Assembly (NCBI GenBank): GCA_005790545.1
Contig: SXUL01000068.1
Span: 20,623-84,622, forward strand
Origin: Planctomycetia bacterium
GTDB lineage: Bacteria; Planctomycetota; GCA-002687715
Direction: 5' to 3'
DNA: 64,000 nucleotides
The notes under the pieces are model-generated. The model was not told the origin of the DNA and made no database searches. It saw only the letters and a program-made list of their open reading frames with translations. This document shows positions 27,783 through 35,513 of this stretch, one piece after another; positions within the stretch are counted from its first letter, which is position 1, and every line of letters begins with the position of its first letter. The translations under genes were made by a program, and so were the position numbers.

Positions 27783-28592
27783 ATGGGGAAGCTTGAAAAG
27801 GCGGGTGTGGGGATCGTGGTGGCATTGCTGGGAGTGATCCTGGTGGTGGCGCTGCTTGGCGGGGATGAAAGCAAGAATGCCGCGGCAACTGCTGCAGGCG
27901 GAGCTCCGGCGGATACGCCAGCGCTGTCCGCGGAGCGTCACGTTGACGGCATGACACCCGGTGCTGTGGTGGAGTCGAAAGACATCACCGCAAGCACTCC
28001 GGTGGCGACGCCGGAGGTGACACCCGTTGCGACGCCGGTGACGACTGATGTCGTCAGCGCGCCCGTCACAACACCGGTGACCACGCCCGTGGTCGCGCCG
28101 GTGACGACACCGATCGTTGACGCACCGATCGCCGCAGCCGCAGCGCGCGAGGTCACCGTCAAGAACGGTGACAGCCTCTGGAAAATCGCCGCGCGCGAAG
28201 TGCGTGCGAAAGATGTGGATGCCTACATCCGCGAGATTCGTGCACTCAACGGTCTCGGCGAGAATGCGCGTCTGAAGGTCGGATCGAAGCTCAAGGTCCC
28301 CGCGCGCGCAGCGGAAGCTGTTGTTGCCGGAGCAGAGAAACCTGCGCTCGTCACGGATGCAGCTGGTCCGTTTGATGCCGCGAAGCCCGTGGCTGTGGTG
28401 GAAGCGCCCGTCGTCGCAGGCGGCGCACTCCGCGAGTACACGGTGAAGAAGGGCGACGCGCTTGCACTCATCGCGAAGCGTGAGTGCGGGTCCGAGAAGG
28501 CCGTGAAGGAAATCATGGCGCTGAACCAACTGAAGAACGGCAACGTTCTGAAGATTGGCCAGAAGCTGAAGCTGCCCGCACGCGGGCAGTGA
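27783..28592 (+). CDS. membrane-anchored protein with two LysM domains
   Basis: N-terminal TM GVGIVVALLGVILVVALLG. Two LysM units: VTVKNGDSLWKIA...LKVGSKLKVP and YTVKKGDALALIA...LKIGQKLKLP. Confidence 0.85.
   Translation: MGKLEKAGVGIVVALLGVILVVALLGGDESKNAAATAAGGAPADTPALSAERHVDGMTPGAVVESKDITASTPVATPEVTPVATPVTTDVVSAPVTTPVTTPVVAPVTTPIVDAPIAAAAAREVTVKNGDSLWKIAAREVRAKDVDAYIREIRALNGLGENARLKVGSKLKVPARAAEAVVAGAEKPALVTDAAGPFDAAKPVAVVEAPVVAGGALREYTVKKGDALALIAKRECGSEKAVKEIMALNQLKNGNVLKIGQKLKLPARGQ
27993..28112 (+). repeat. coding low-complexity Pro/Val/Thr repeat (linker of the LysM protein)
   Basis: STPVATPEVTPVATPVTTDVVSAPVTTPVTTPVVAPVTTP, encoded by reiterated ccggtgac(g/c)ac units. Confidence 0.8.
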
Positions 28593-28627
28593 GTCGATCA
28601 ACGCGCGGCGACACGCGGTCGTCGCGC
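28572..28627 (+). terminator. two consecutive GC-rich hairpins at and after the LysM stop codon (possible terminator)
   Basis: CTGCCCG-CACG-CGGGCAG (28572-28589) and GCGCGGCGAC-ACGCG-GTCGTCGCGC (28603-28627, one G:U pair). There is no U-tract. Confidence 0.25.
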
Positions 28628-28818
28628 GCGGTGATCGGTCATGTGCGCCGCTCGCACACGACTGGTTGCCCGGGTGCTCCAAGAAGATCGTGTTCGAGGG
28701 AATCGACACGCCCTGCGCTCGGGGGATGACGCAGGTGACTTCGAGAGGGCGCCCTTCGAGTTGAAGGCCGGGCTGCGTTCCGAGGGAAGAACGCGGTCCG
28801 GCATCTTTGTTGGCGGGC

Positions 28819-29421
28819 TCAACGCGCGTCGAGCGCGGGGCCGAGCCAGAGCCGCCACGAGCCGTCCACTTCAGCGAAGTGAAGGCGCTGTGGTTGGATG
28901 AGGCCGCTCGCCTCCATTTCCATGCGCGTGCGCAGCGGCCTGGCCGCGTCTTCCCAGCTCACGCGCTCACCTGAACGCGCACTCGCGGCAGCGCACACCA
29001 TGCGTTTTTCGCTCTCGGTCATCTTCGCGAAGTCCCACACAACGCGCACGGGAACTGCGGTGATGGCACCCTTGCGCGTCACCGAAGTCGCAGGGCCGAA
29101 GCGCACTTCCTTGCCTGGTGAGGAGAGGAAGTGTCCGAGCCCGGTGAAATCGTCCGCTGGCTGCCAGACGGCTTCGGGCGGCTTTGCTGGTGCGTTCTTG
29201 CCTGGCACAAGCGCAGCGGGCTTGCCGTCCTCTCCCACGATGGCGATGTGTCGGCAGTAGGCATTCCAATCTTGCGCCTCCGTGGCGCGGATGATCCCGC
29301 GAATGATCGCTTCTGCATGGGGCAGCGCGGGACCAAGCGGGTTCGGACCGGGTGCGGCTGCTGGTTCGACTGTGGTGCAGGCGACGAGCGCGAGACAACA
29401 AACGAGGGCGATGCGTTGCAT
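28819..29421 (-). CDS. hypothetical lipoprotein
   Basis: Lipobox MQRIALVCCLALVAC. It starts 1 nt after the stop of the sigma-54 activator gene. Confidence 0.7.
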   Translation of the reverse strand: MQRIALVCCLALVACTTVEPAAAPGPNPLGPALPHAEAIIRGIIRATEAQDWNAYCRHIAIVGEDGKPAALVPGKNAPAKPPEAVWQPADDFTGLGHFLSSPGKEVRFGPATSVTRKGAITAVPVRVVWDFAKMTESEKRMVCAAASARSGERVSWEDAARPLRTRMEMEASGLIQPQRLHFAEVDGSWRLWLGPALDAR

Positions 29422-29422
29422 G

Positions 29423-30787
29423 TCAGCTCACGGGTGGCTCGAGTCCGTGTCGCTCGAGCTTCTTGTAGAGATTGCTGCGCTGGATGCCGATCACCTCGGC
29501 GGTGCGCTTGATGTTCCATTCCTGCTCGCGCAGTTTGCGCTCGAGCCAGACTTTCTCGCTGCGGTCGCGAAACTCCTCGAAGTCATTCACCTGCAGGAGT
29601 TCGTCGAGGGAACCAGCCGGAGTGTCGCGACGCCGACCGAGAGACAGATCCGCAACATCGATGGTCTCGGAGGTCGCCAACAGTGCAGTTCGCTCCGCAA
29701 GATTGCGCAGTTCACGCACGTTGCCCGGCCAGCGTTGCATGGGCAGCCAGCGGCAGGCATCGAGACTGAGTCTGGGAGGTGTGCGCCCTGCTCTTTTCGC
29801 AAACTGTGCGAGGAAACGCGTGAAGAGCTCCACCACGTCATCGCCACGATCGCGCAGTGGTGGCACATGGATCGGCACGACGGCGAGACGGTAGTAGAGA
29901 TCCTCGCGGAAGCGGCCTTCAGCGACTTCCTTCTCGAGGTCTTTGTTGCTCGCGGCGAGCACACGGCAATCGGCGGGAATCGATTCCTCGCCACCGACCC
30001 GGGTAACGCGGGCGTCTTCGAGGGCGCGCAGCACTTTCCCCTGCGCTGGCAGCGGCATGTCCGCGATCTCGTCGAGGAAGAGAGTGCCCTCGTGCGCCAT
30101 TTCGAAGCGCCCGGCACGGCGTTCCGAGGCGCCGGTGTACGAACCGCGTTCGTGTCCGAAGAGTTCGTTCTCGATGAGTTCGACGGGCAGAGCTGCACAA
30201 TTCACTTCGACGAACGGCTTGCCGTTGCGCGGCGAAAGGAGGTGCAGATTGCGCGCAACCAGTTCCTTGCCGGTGCCGTTCTCGCCACTGATGAGCACGC
30301 GCGCGTCACTGGCTGCAACGCGGCTGACGAGATCGCGGAGGGCGACCATGGGGCGCGATGAGCCGACAAGTTCGTGACGCCCGAGTGCCGCGCCCGCGAG
30401 GCGTTGAGCGGTCTGTGCGAGTTCCTTCCGGCTGACAGCGTTGCGGACTGCCAGCAGCAGGCGCTCCCGGTCGAGAGGCTTCTCGCAGAAGTCCCAGGCG
30501 CCAGCCTTGGTTGCTGCCAGAGCCGTTTCAATGGTGGCGTGGCCGGAGATCATGATCACCGGTGGAGCGACACGCAGGAGTTGCACGGCCTTCAGGACCT
30601 CAAGTCCGTCCATACCGGGCATCTTGATGTCACACAGGACAACATCGTAGGCGTCGTCGGCTCGCAGCATGGCGAGTCCCGTCGCGCCGTCCAACGCCGA
30701 GGTCACGGTGTGGCCCTCGTAGCGGAGGATCATCTCAAGGGCGCTGCGGATGGAGGCTTCGTCATCGATGACGAGGATGCGTGCCAT
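29423..30787 (-). CDS. sigma-54-dependent response regulator (NtrC family)
   Basis: The ATG at 30787 gives MARILVIDDEASIR... Receiver Asp region VVLCDIKMPGMDG. AAA+ motifs GENGTGKE, ELFGHERGSYTGA and TLFLDEI. C-terminal Fis-type HTH NIKRTAEVIGIQRSNLYKKL. Confidence 0.92.
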   Translation of the reverse strand: MARILVIDDEASIRSALEMILRYEGHTVTSALDGATGLAMLRADDAYDVVLCDIKMPGMDGLEVLKAVQLLRVAPPVIMISGHATIETALAATKAGAWDFCEKPLDRERLLLAVRNAVSRKELAQTAQRLAGAALGRHELVGSSRPMVALRDLVSRVAASDARVLISGENGTGKELVARNLHLLSPRNGKPFVEVNCAALPVELIENELFGHERGSYTGASERRAGRFEMAHEGTLFLDEIADMPLPAQGKVLRALEDARVTRVGGEESIPADCRVLAASNKDLEKEVAEGRFREDLYYRLAVVPIHVPPLRDRGDDVVELFTRFLAQFAKRAGRTPPRLSLDACRWLPMQRWPGNVRELRNLAERTALLATSETIDVADLSLGRRRDTPAGSLDELLQVNDFEEFRDRSEKVWLERKLREQEWNIKRTAEVIGIQRSNLYKKLERHGLEPPVS

Positions 30788-30837
30788 GGTCGTCGGCGCG
30801 CAACATATCACGCGGGACTTCGAGTAATCTCGTTGTC

Positions 30838-31989
30838 ATGCAGAGGCTCTTCGAGCTGCGCCTGAAGCCCGAGAGGCTTGTCATCGGCCTGAACAGCGGA
30901 ACTTCCGCAGACGCCATCGATGCGGCCTTGGTGCGCTTCCGTGGTTCCGGTCCGGGACTCCGGCACGAAATGCTGGCTGTGCGTGAGCACCCGTGGCCGG
31001 AGCACATCCGGCGCCTGCTGCTTCTTCCGGCGGCTCTAGGTGCCGCGGACATTGCGCGTCTGCACCACGAGACAGGGCTGCACTTCGCGGCCGCGGCGCG
31101 GGAGCTCATGGCGGGAGCCTCGGTGAGCAGCGCGAACGTCGATCTGATCGGTTCGCACGGGCAGACCGTGGCGCATCTGCCTGCACGCGAAGCCGGCGCT
31201 GCTACCGCCACGCTGCAGATCGGCGACCTGGATGTCATCGCTGAGGGCACAGGCATTCCCGTGGTGGGGGACTTCCGTGCACGTGACACGGCTGCTGGCG
31301 GGCAAGGTGCTCCGCTCATGCCGTTCCTCGATCACGCACTGTTCGCGGCGAACCCGGGCACGGTGTGTCTGAATCTCGGGGGCATTGCGAACATCACGGT
31401 GGTCGCTGCGGAGCCGGAAGCCTGCATAGCCTTCGATACCGGCCCGGCCAACATGCCTCTGGATGAGCTTGCCTCCAAACTCACACAAGGACACGAGAGC
31501 TACGACCCCGGCGGGCGCCTGGCTGAGTCCGGCCACGTGGATGCGATTCTGCTGGAACGATTGATGCGCCATCCGTACGTGCTGCGCGCGCCGCCGAAGA
31601 CCACCGGCCGCGAGGAATTCGGCCAGGAGTTCCTGCGGGCGCTGCTCGCGAAGGAAGGGCACATTGCGCTCGCGGATGTGCTCGCCACCCTGACCGCGTT
31701 CGTGGCGGACGCGGTGCATCACAGTGTGACTCAGTGGGCACCCCTTCCGGTGCGTGAGATCGTGGTGAGCGGTGGTGGTGTGCACAACCTCGCGCTGATG
31801 CGGCGCCTGAAGCAGCGCTTCTTCCCCGTGCCCGTGCATTCCATCGCGGAGCACGGTGTGGATCCCGATGCGAAAGAGGCATTGCTCTTCGCGTGGCTCG
31901 CTCATGAGCGCATCATGGGGAGTGCAACGAATGTGCCCAACGCGACGGGCGCGCGCTGGCCCGTGGGATTGGGGAAGCTGGCCTGGTAG
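30838..31989 (+). CDS. anmK: anhydro-N-acetylmuramic acid kinase
   Basis: The internal ATG at 30838 gives MQRLFELRLKPERLVIGLNSGTSADAIDAALV... Also GNFRxxD-like VVGDFRARDTAAGGQGAPL. Confidence 0.9.
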   Translation: MQRLFELRLKPERLVIGLNSGTSADAIDAALVRFRGSGPGLRHEMLAVREHPWPEHIRRLLLLPAALGAADIARLHHETGLHFAAAARELMAGASVSSANVDLIGSHGQTVAHLPAREAGAATATLQIGDLDVIAEGTGIPVVGDFRARDTAAGGQGAPLMPFLDHALFAANPGTVCLNLGGIANITVVAAEPEACIAFDTGPANMPLDELASKLTQGHESYDPGGRLAESGHVDAILLERLMRHPYVLRAPPKTTGREEFGQEFLRALLAKEGHIALADVLATLTAFVADAVHHSVTQWAPLPVREIVVSGGGVHNLALMRRLKQRFFPVPVHSIAEHGVDPDAKEALLFAWLAHERIMGSATNVPNATGARWPVGLGKLAW

Positions 31990-32056
31990 CCGGACCCTTG
32001 GCCAAGTCCTTCTCTGGGGCTGATTTGTGGGCGTCCCGAGGGTGGGCAATGGCGCG

Positions 32057-32084
32057 TTGACAGCCCTCAAGCCCTGCATAGAAT
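32057..32084 (+). promoter_or_regulatory. candidate sigma-70 promoter for the HEAT-repeat gene
   Basis: TTGACA-N16-TAGAAT about 98 nt upstream of the ATG at 32182. It is the best consensus match I saw in the window. Confidence 0.4.
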
Positions 32085-32181
32085 GGCCGGACCTTTGGCC
32101 CCGTTGCATCCCGCCGCGAGGAGCCGAAACTGGACGAGGGTGCTTGGCACCCGTTGGAATGGGATTCGGAGACACACGCCC

Positions 32182-34281
32182 ATGCTGAAGTGGGGTACGT
32201 ATTCAATCGTTGCCGCGTTGACACTGTCCTTCCTCCCAATGGCCGTGGCACAAGACCCCGGCCAGACGTTGAAGGATGCCATCTCGCTCTATGAGAGCGG
32301 CAAGAACGATGCCGCCCTCGAAAAGCTGCGTGCCGTCCTTGCGGCGGACCCGAGCTCTGAGCAGGCATGGACCCTCCGCAACGCGGTGGAGCAGGACATC
32401 TGGGCGCGCATCATGATCAAGGGCGACGCCCACCACGCTGTGGTGGCGCAGCTCTTCCGTCTCGCGATTCCCGCGGAGAAGGCGCAGACAGCCAACGACG
32501 AAGCCATCAAGGCTCTCGTCGAGAAGCTCGACAGCCCTGACTGGGCGGAACGCCAGAAGGCCTCGCTGCAACTCGCGGCCGACCACGGCGAGTACGCCGC
32601 GGCCTACCTCGCGCGCCGTCTCGGCAGCGAGGACACGGAACTCCGCGCGGGCACCATGGAGTGGCTGCGCCGCATGGGCCGCCGTGCCGTGATGCCGCTG
32701 ATCCAGCTCCTCGACAGCGAGAACCCGCTGGTGATCGCGAACTCACTGACGCTGCTCGGCCAGGCGGGTGATGCACGAGCGCTGCCTTATGTTGCAGCCT
32801 TCGCCAGCATGCCCGTGGAGCACGCCGGAGCGATGGTCGTCAATGCCGCGAAGGACGCGTGCAAGCGCCTCGGTTGCACGGCCGCCAGTTCGGCCGACAT
32901 CTGGGCGCTGTTCCTCGGGACCGCCGAGGCTTACTACCAGCGCAACGTGGACTTCGTCGCTGACGGCACCACGGTCTGGAACTACGAAGGTGGCAAATTG
33001 GTCGCGCGGGAGGTGCCTGCTGCCCTCTATCACCTGAAGCTCGCCGAGGACATCCTCTTCGACAGCTTCAACTACGACCCGACCCATGCGGGAGCGTCAG
33101 TTCTCCTCGCATCGGTCCTCATCGCGGAAACCGAGGCGGTGTCCGGCATGGGTGCCGACGACGCGGCCAAGGTGGCTGCGGCGGCTGATGCTGCGACGCT
33201 TGCGAAGGCTCTCGGCGCCGCGACCCTCGATGGCGTGGTGAAGAAGGCCATGGCGGACAACCGTGGTTCCGTCGGCGCCGCAGCCATCCGGCTTCTCGCC
33301 GGGATGTGCTCGGACTGCACCGGTTGCTCGGTCGCGGACGCTCTCAAGGGTGGCAACAAGGAGATGCGCTACGCCGCAGCTCTCGCCATCGGATCCATGG
33401 GCCATGCGGATGAGCTCAATGGTGCGCTGGTTGAGGCTCTGGGCGAGATGCTCGGCCAGGACGCGCTGCGCACCGCTGTGGTCATCGACGACAACGAAGC
33501 CACCCGCTCGACCCTCGTCGCCGGGCTCAACAAGGCCGGCTGGTTTGCGAACGGTGTCGCGAGCGGCAGCAATGGCCTCTCAACCGTCCGGCAACTGCCC
33601 ATCGAGGACGTGGTGGTCCTCCGCTACGACCTGAAGGACCGCACCGCCCACGAAGTCGCGCGCACCCTCGCTGGCGACGCACGCACGGCCTCGGTGCCGC
33701 TCGTGATCCTCGCCGACGAGAACACCGCCGCTGCGGCGCAGGAGCAGTTCGGCTCGAAGGCCAAGCTCATCCTCACGACGCCCCTCGCGGAGGGTTCATT
33801 CGAGCCCCAGATCCGCGCGCTGCTGAGCAGCCTCGATGGCGCACGTGAATCGGCGACGGCGGATGCTGCCAAGGCTGCGGCGATTCTCGCGCACATGTGC
33901 GGGTCCGTCACTGCTCCGGTTGCGAAGGCACTGCAGGCAACGCTCAAGGGCGAAGATCGCGTGCGCGTGCCTGCCATGCGTGCACTCGGCAACATCGGCG
34001 ACGCATCCTCCATCGCGGGGCTGCTCGCGGTGTTCAGCGATGCAGCGGCTTCGGAAGCCGCTCGCAGCGCAGCCATCCTCGCTGCGGCGCGCGTCGCCAA
34101 TGCCGGCGGCAAGCCCAACGCGGACGTGAATGCAGCGCTGACCTCGGCTCTCGGTTCCGCGACGGGCTCTGTGCGTAATGCCGTCGGCACCGCCGCGGCC
34201 ATCGCGCCCGCTGATGCTGAGACCCGCAAGGGCTGGCTCAACGCGCTCCGCGCTGGCATCGCCGTGAATCTCGGCGGCTGA
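32182..34281 (+). CDS. HEAT-repeat protein with N-terminal signal peptide and an internal receiver-like domain
   Basis: The internal ATG at 32182 gives MLKWGTYSIVAALTLSFLPMAVAQ. Several PBS-lyase/HEAT-like units are present (DSPDWAERQKASLQLA, DSENPLVIANSLTLLGQAGDARALP, and others). The central segment is AVVIDDNEATRSTLV...DVVVLRYDLKDRTAHEV...VPLVILADEN. Confidence 0.75.
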   Translation: MLKWGTYSIVAALTLSFLPMAVAQDPGQTLKDAISLYESGKNDAALEKLRAVLAADPSSEQAWTLRNAVEQDIWARIMIKGDAHHAVVAQLFRLAIPAEKAQTANDEAIKALVEKLDSPDWAERQKASLQLAADHGEYAAAYLARRLGSEDTELRAGTMEWLRRMGRRAVMPLIQLLDSENPLVIANSLTLLGQAGDARALPYVAAFASMPVEHAGAMVVNAAKDACKRLGCTAASSADIWALFLGTAEAYYQRNVDFVADGTTVWNYEGGKLVAREVPAALYHLKLAEDILFDSFNYDPTHAGASVLLASVLIAETEAVSGMGADDAAKVAAAADAATLAKALGAATLDGVVKKAMADNRGSVGAAAIRLLAGMCSDCTGCSVADALKGGNKEMRYAAALAIGSMGHADELNGALVEALGEMLGQDALRTAVVIDDNEATRSTLVAGLNKAGWFANGVASGSNGLSTVRQLPIEDVVVLRYDLKDRTAHEVARTLAGDARTASVPLVILADENTAAAAQEQFGSKAKLILTTPLAEGSFEPQIRALLSSLDGARESATADAAKAAAILAHMCGSVTAPVAKALQATLKGEDRVRVPAMRALGNIGDASSIAGLLAVFSDAAASEAARSAAILAAARVANAGGKPNADVNAALTSALGSATGSVRNAVGTAAAIAPADAETRKGWLNALRAGIAVNLGG

Positions 34282-34302
34282 AGCAGTTCTCCGCTTCAAA
34301 GC

Positions 34303-34340
34303 GAAAGGCGGCCAACCCTCGGGGTGGCCGCCTTTTTCGT
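34303..34340. terminator. rho-independent terminator, likely bidirectional
   Basis: GAAAGGCGGCCAACCC-TC-GGGGTGGCCGCCTTTTTCGTTT: a stem of about 14 bp with one mismatch, a T-tract on the plus strand and an A-tract upstream. It sits between the HEAT gene stop and the tRNA 3-prime end. Confidence 0.65.
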
Positions 34341-34360
34341 TTGCACGCAACTGGGTGCAG

Positions 34361-34432
34361 AGCCGACGGCGGGAATTGAACCCGCGACCTGCGGTTTACG
34401 AAACCGCTGCTCTACCGCTGAGCTACGTCGGC
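34361..34432 (-). tRNA. tRNA-Thr (anticodon CGU)
   Basis: Folded by hand as GCCGACG-TA-GCTC-AGCGGTA-GAGC-A-GCGGT-TTCGTAA-ACCGC-AGGTC-GCGGG-TTCAATT-CCCGC-CGTCGGC-T. All four stems are Watson-Crick paired. The anticodon loop is TT-CGT-AA. CCA is not encoded. Confidence 0.92.
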
Positions 34433-34537
34433 CGGTCGTCCGCGCGGGAGCGCGGTGGCGCCTAGGATGCGAGAGGATGCGGTGCAGGACAAGGGGGCTT
34501 GTCGGCTTGCCAGCGTGGGGGCGAGAGGGGTAAAAAC

Positions 34538-35503
34538 GTGCGTCGCGCGGGCGGTTACCGGCGCGACAGTCCCGGGGAGCAGCAGCCGTTGGAGTCACCG
34601 CACCAATTCCGCATCGGCGTTGATGAAGCGGGCTACGGGCCTCGTTTGGGGCCGCTCGTGCTCGGACTCGTGCGCATCGATGGAGCGCAGGCTCTCTCCG
34701 AGGTGCTCCGGCATGTGGGCGAAGAAGGCCCCACGATCATCGACAGCAAGAAGCTCTATCAGGGGCAGCTCGCGCGTCTCGAGGTTGCGGCCCTCTCCCT
34801 GTTCGCGTGCGCGCGTGCGGCGCAGCCGCGGAACTTGCAGGAGATTCTCCAGCGCGCTCCCGCCGCACTCGCCGAGCATCCTTGGTATGGAGACCTCGAT
34901 CTTCCGTTGCCGCTGGCTGCCGAGTCTCGCGCCGTGGACCGCGCCTCTGCCGCTCTGTGGCGTGCATTGAAGCGCGAGAGGGTGGCCCTCGGCGCTGCGA
35001 CGGTGGCGCCGGTCCTCGAGGGGCACTTCAACGCAGAGGTGCGCCGCGGCCTCAACAAGGCGGATCTGGAACTCGCGGGGATTGGTGAGCTTGTTCAGGG
35101 GCATCTGCCCGCCGCGGCCAAGGGGCTGGTGCTGTGCGACCGGCTTGGAGGCAGACGGCACTACGGTGAGTGGCTGGCTGGTTTGCACCCCTTCTGGTCG
35201 CCGGGCGAGAAGCGCGAACGCGACACCGAAAGCTCCTACATGCTGGTGCAGGGGCGTCGGGAGATCCACTACCGCTTTCTCGTGAATGGCGAGAGCGTTG
35301 CGGCAGAGATCGCGGCCGCGAGTGTGCTCGCGAAATATGTGCGCGAGCTCATGATGCATCTGTTCAACCGCTTCTGGACCCGCAGGAAGGACGGTCTCAA
35401 GGGGACCGCCGGATATCCGCAGGATGCCGAACGGTTTTTGACAGCCCTCGAAGGCGACGGACTGCTCGCAAGCCACCGCGCGGTGCTGGTGCGTTCGCGC
35501 TAG
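34538..35503 (+). CDS. RNase HII-family (type 2 RNase H-like) protein, atypically long
   Basis: Motifs RIGVDEAGYGPRLGPLV, IIDSKKL, AAEIAAASVLAKYVRE and GTAGYPQD mirror the RNase HII DEDD blocks. The ORF-track start at 34499 is a TTG. I chose the GTG at 34538, which is preceded by GAGAGGGG. The start remains uncertain. Confidence 0.7.
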   Translation: MRRAGGYRRDSPGEQQPLESPHQFRIGVDEAGYGPRLGPLVLGLVRIDGAQALSEVLRHVGEEGPTIIDSKKLYQGQLARLEVAALSLFACARAAQPRNLQEILQRAPAALAEHPWYGDLDLPLPLAAESRAVDRASAALWRALKRERVALGAATVAPVLEGHFNAEVRRGLNKADLELAGIGELVQGHLPAAAKGLVLCDRLGGRRHYGEWLAGLHPFWSPGEKRERDTESSYMLVQGRREIHYRFLVNGESVAAEIAAASVLAKYVRELMMHLFNRFWTRRKDGLKGTAGYPQDAERFLTALEGDGLLASHRAVLVRSR

Positions 35504-35513
35504 CGCGCGGGGT

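Noticed and set aside
27993-28112. Short tandem nucleotide repeats (ccggtgacNac units) that might be a repeat array.
   Set aside because: They are in frame inside the LysM gene and encode a Pro/Val/Thr linker. The periodicity is 9-12 nt and irregular, with no spacers. This is not a CRISPR or satellite array.
28593-28818. A 226-nt convergent spacer with a locally coding-like GC3 pattern on the minus strand (translation ...LEGRPLEVTCVIPRAQGVSIPSNTIFLEHPGNQ...).
   Set aside because: That frame has no plausible start and no stop before it runs antisense through the whole LysM gene. The listed 86-aa ORFs on both strands are Arg-rich and overlap real genes. It may be a decayed gene remnant, but I cannot support a feature.
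34282-35503. tRNA-Thr as an integration site, which would make the downstream 21-kb glycan locus a genomic island.
   Set aside because: I saw no integrase, recombinase or transposase gene and no obvious second copy of the tRNA 3-prime end. There is no visible composition shift. A whole-genome comparison would be needed to revisit this.
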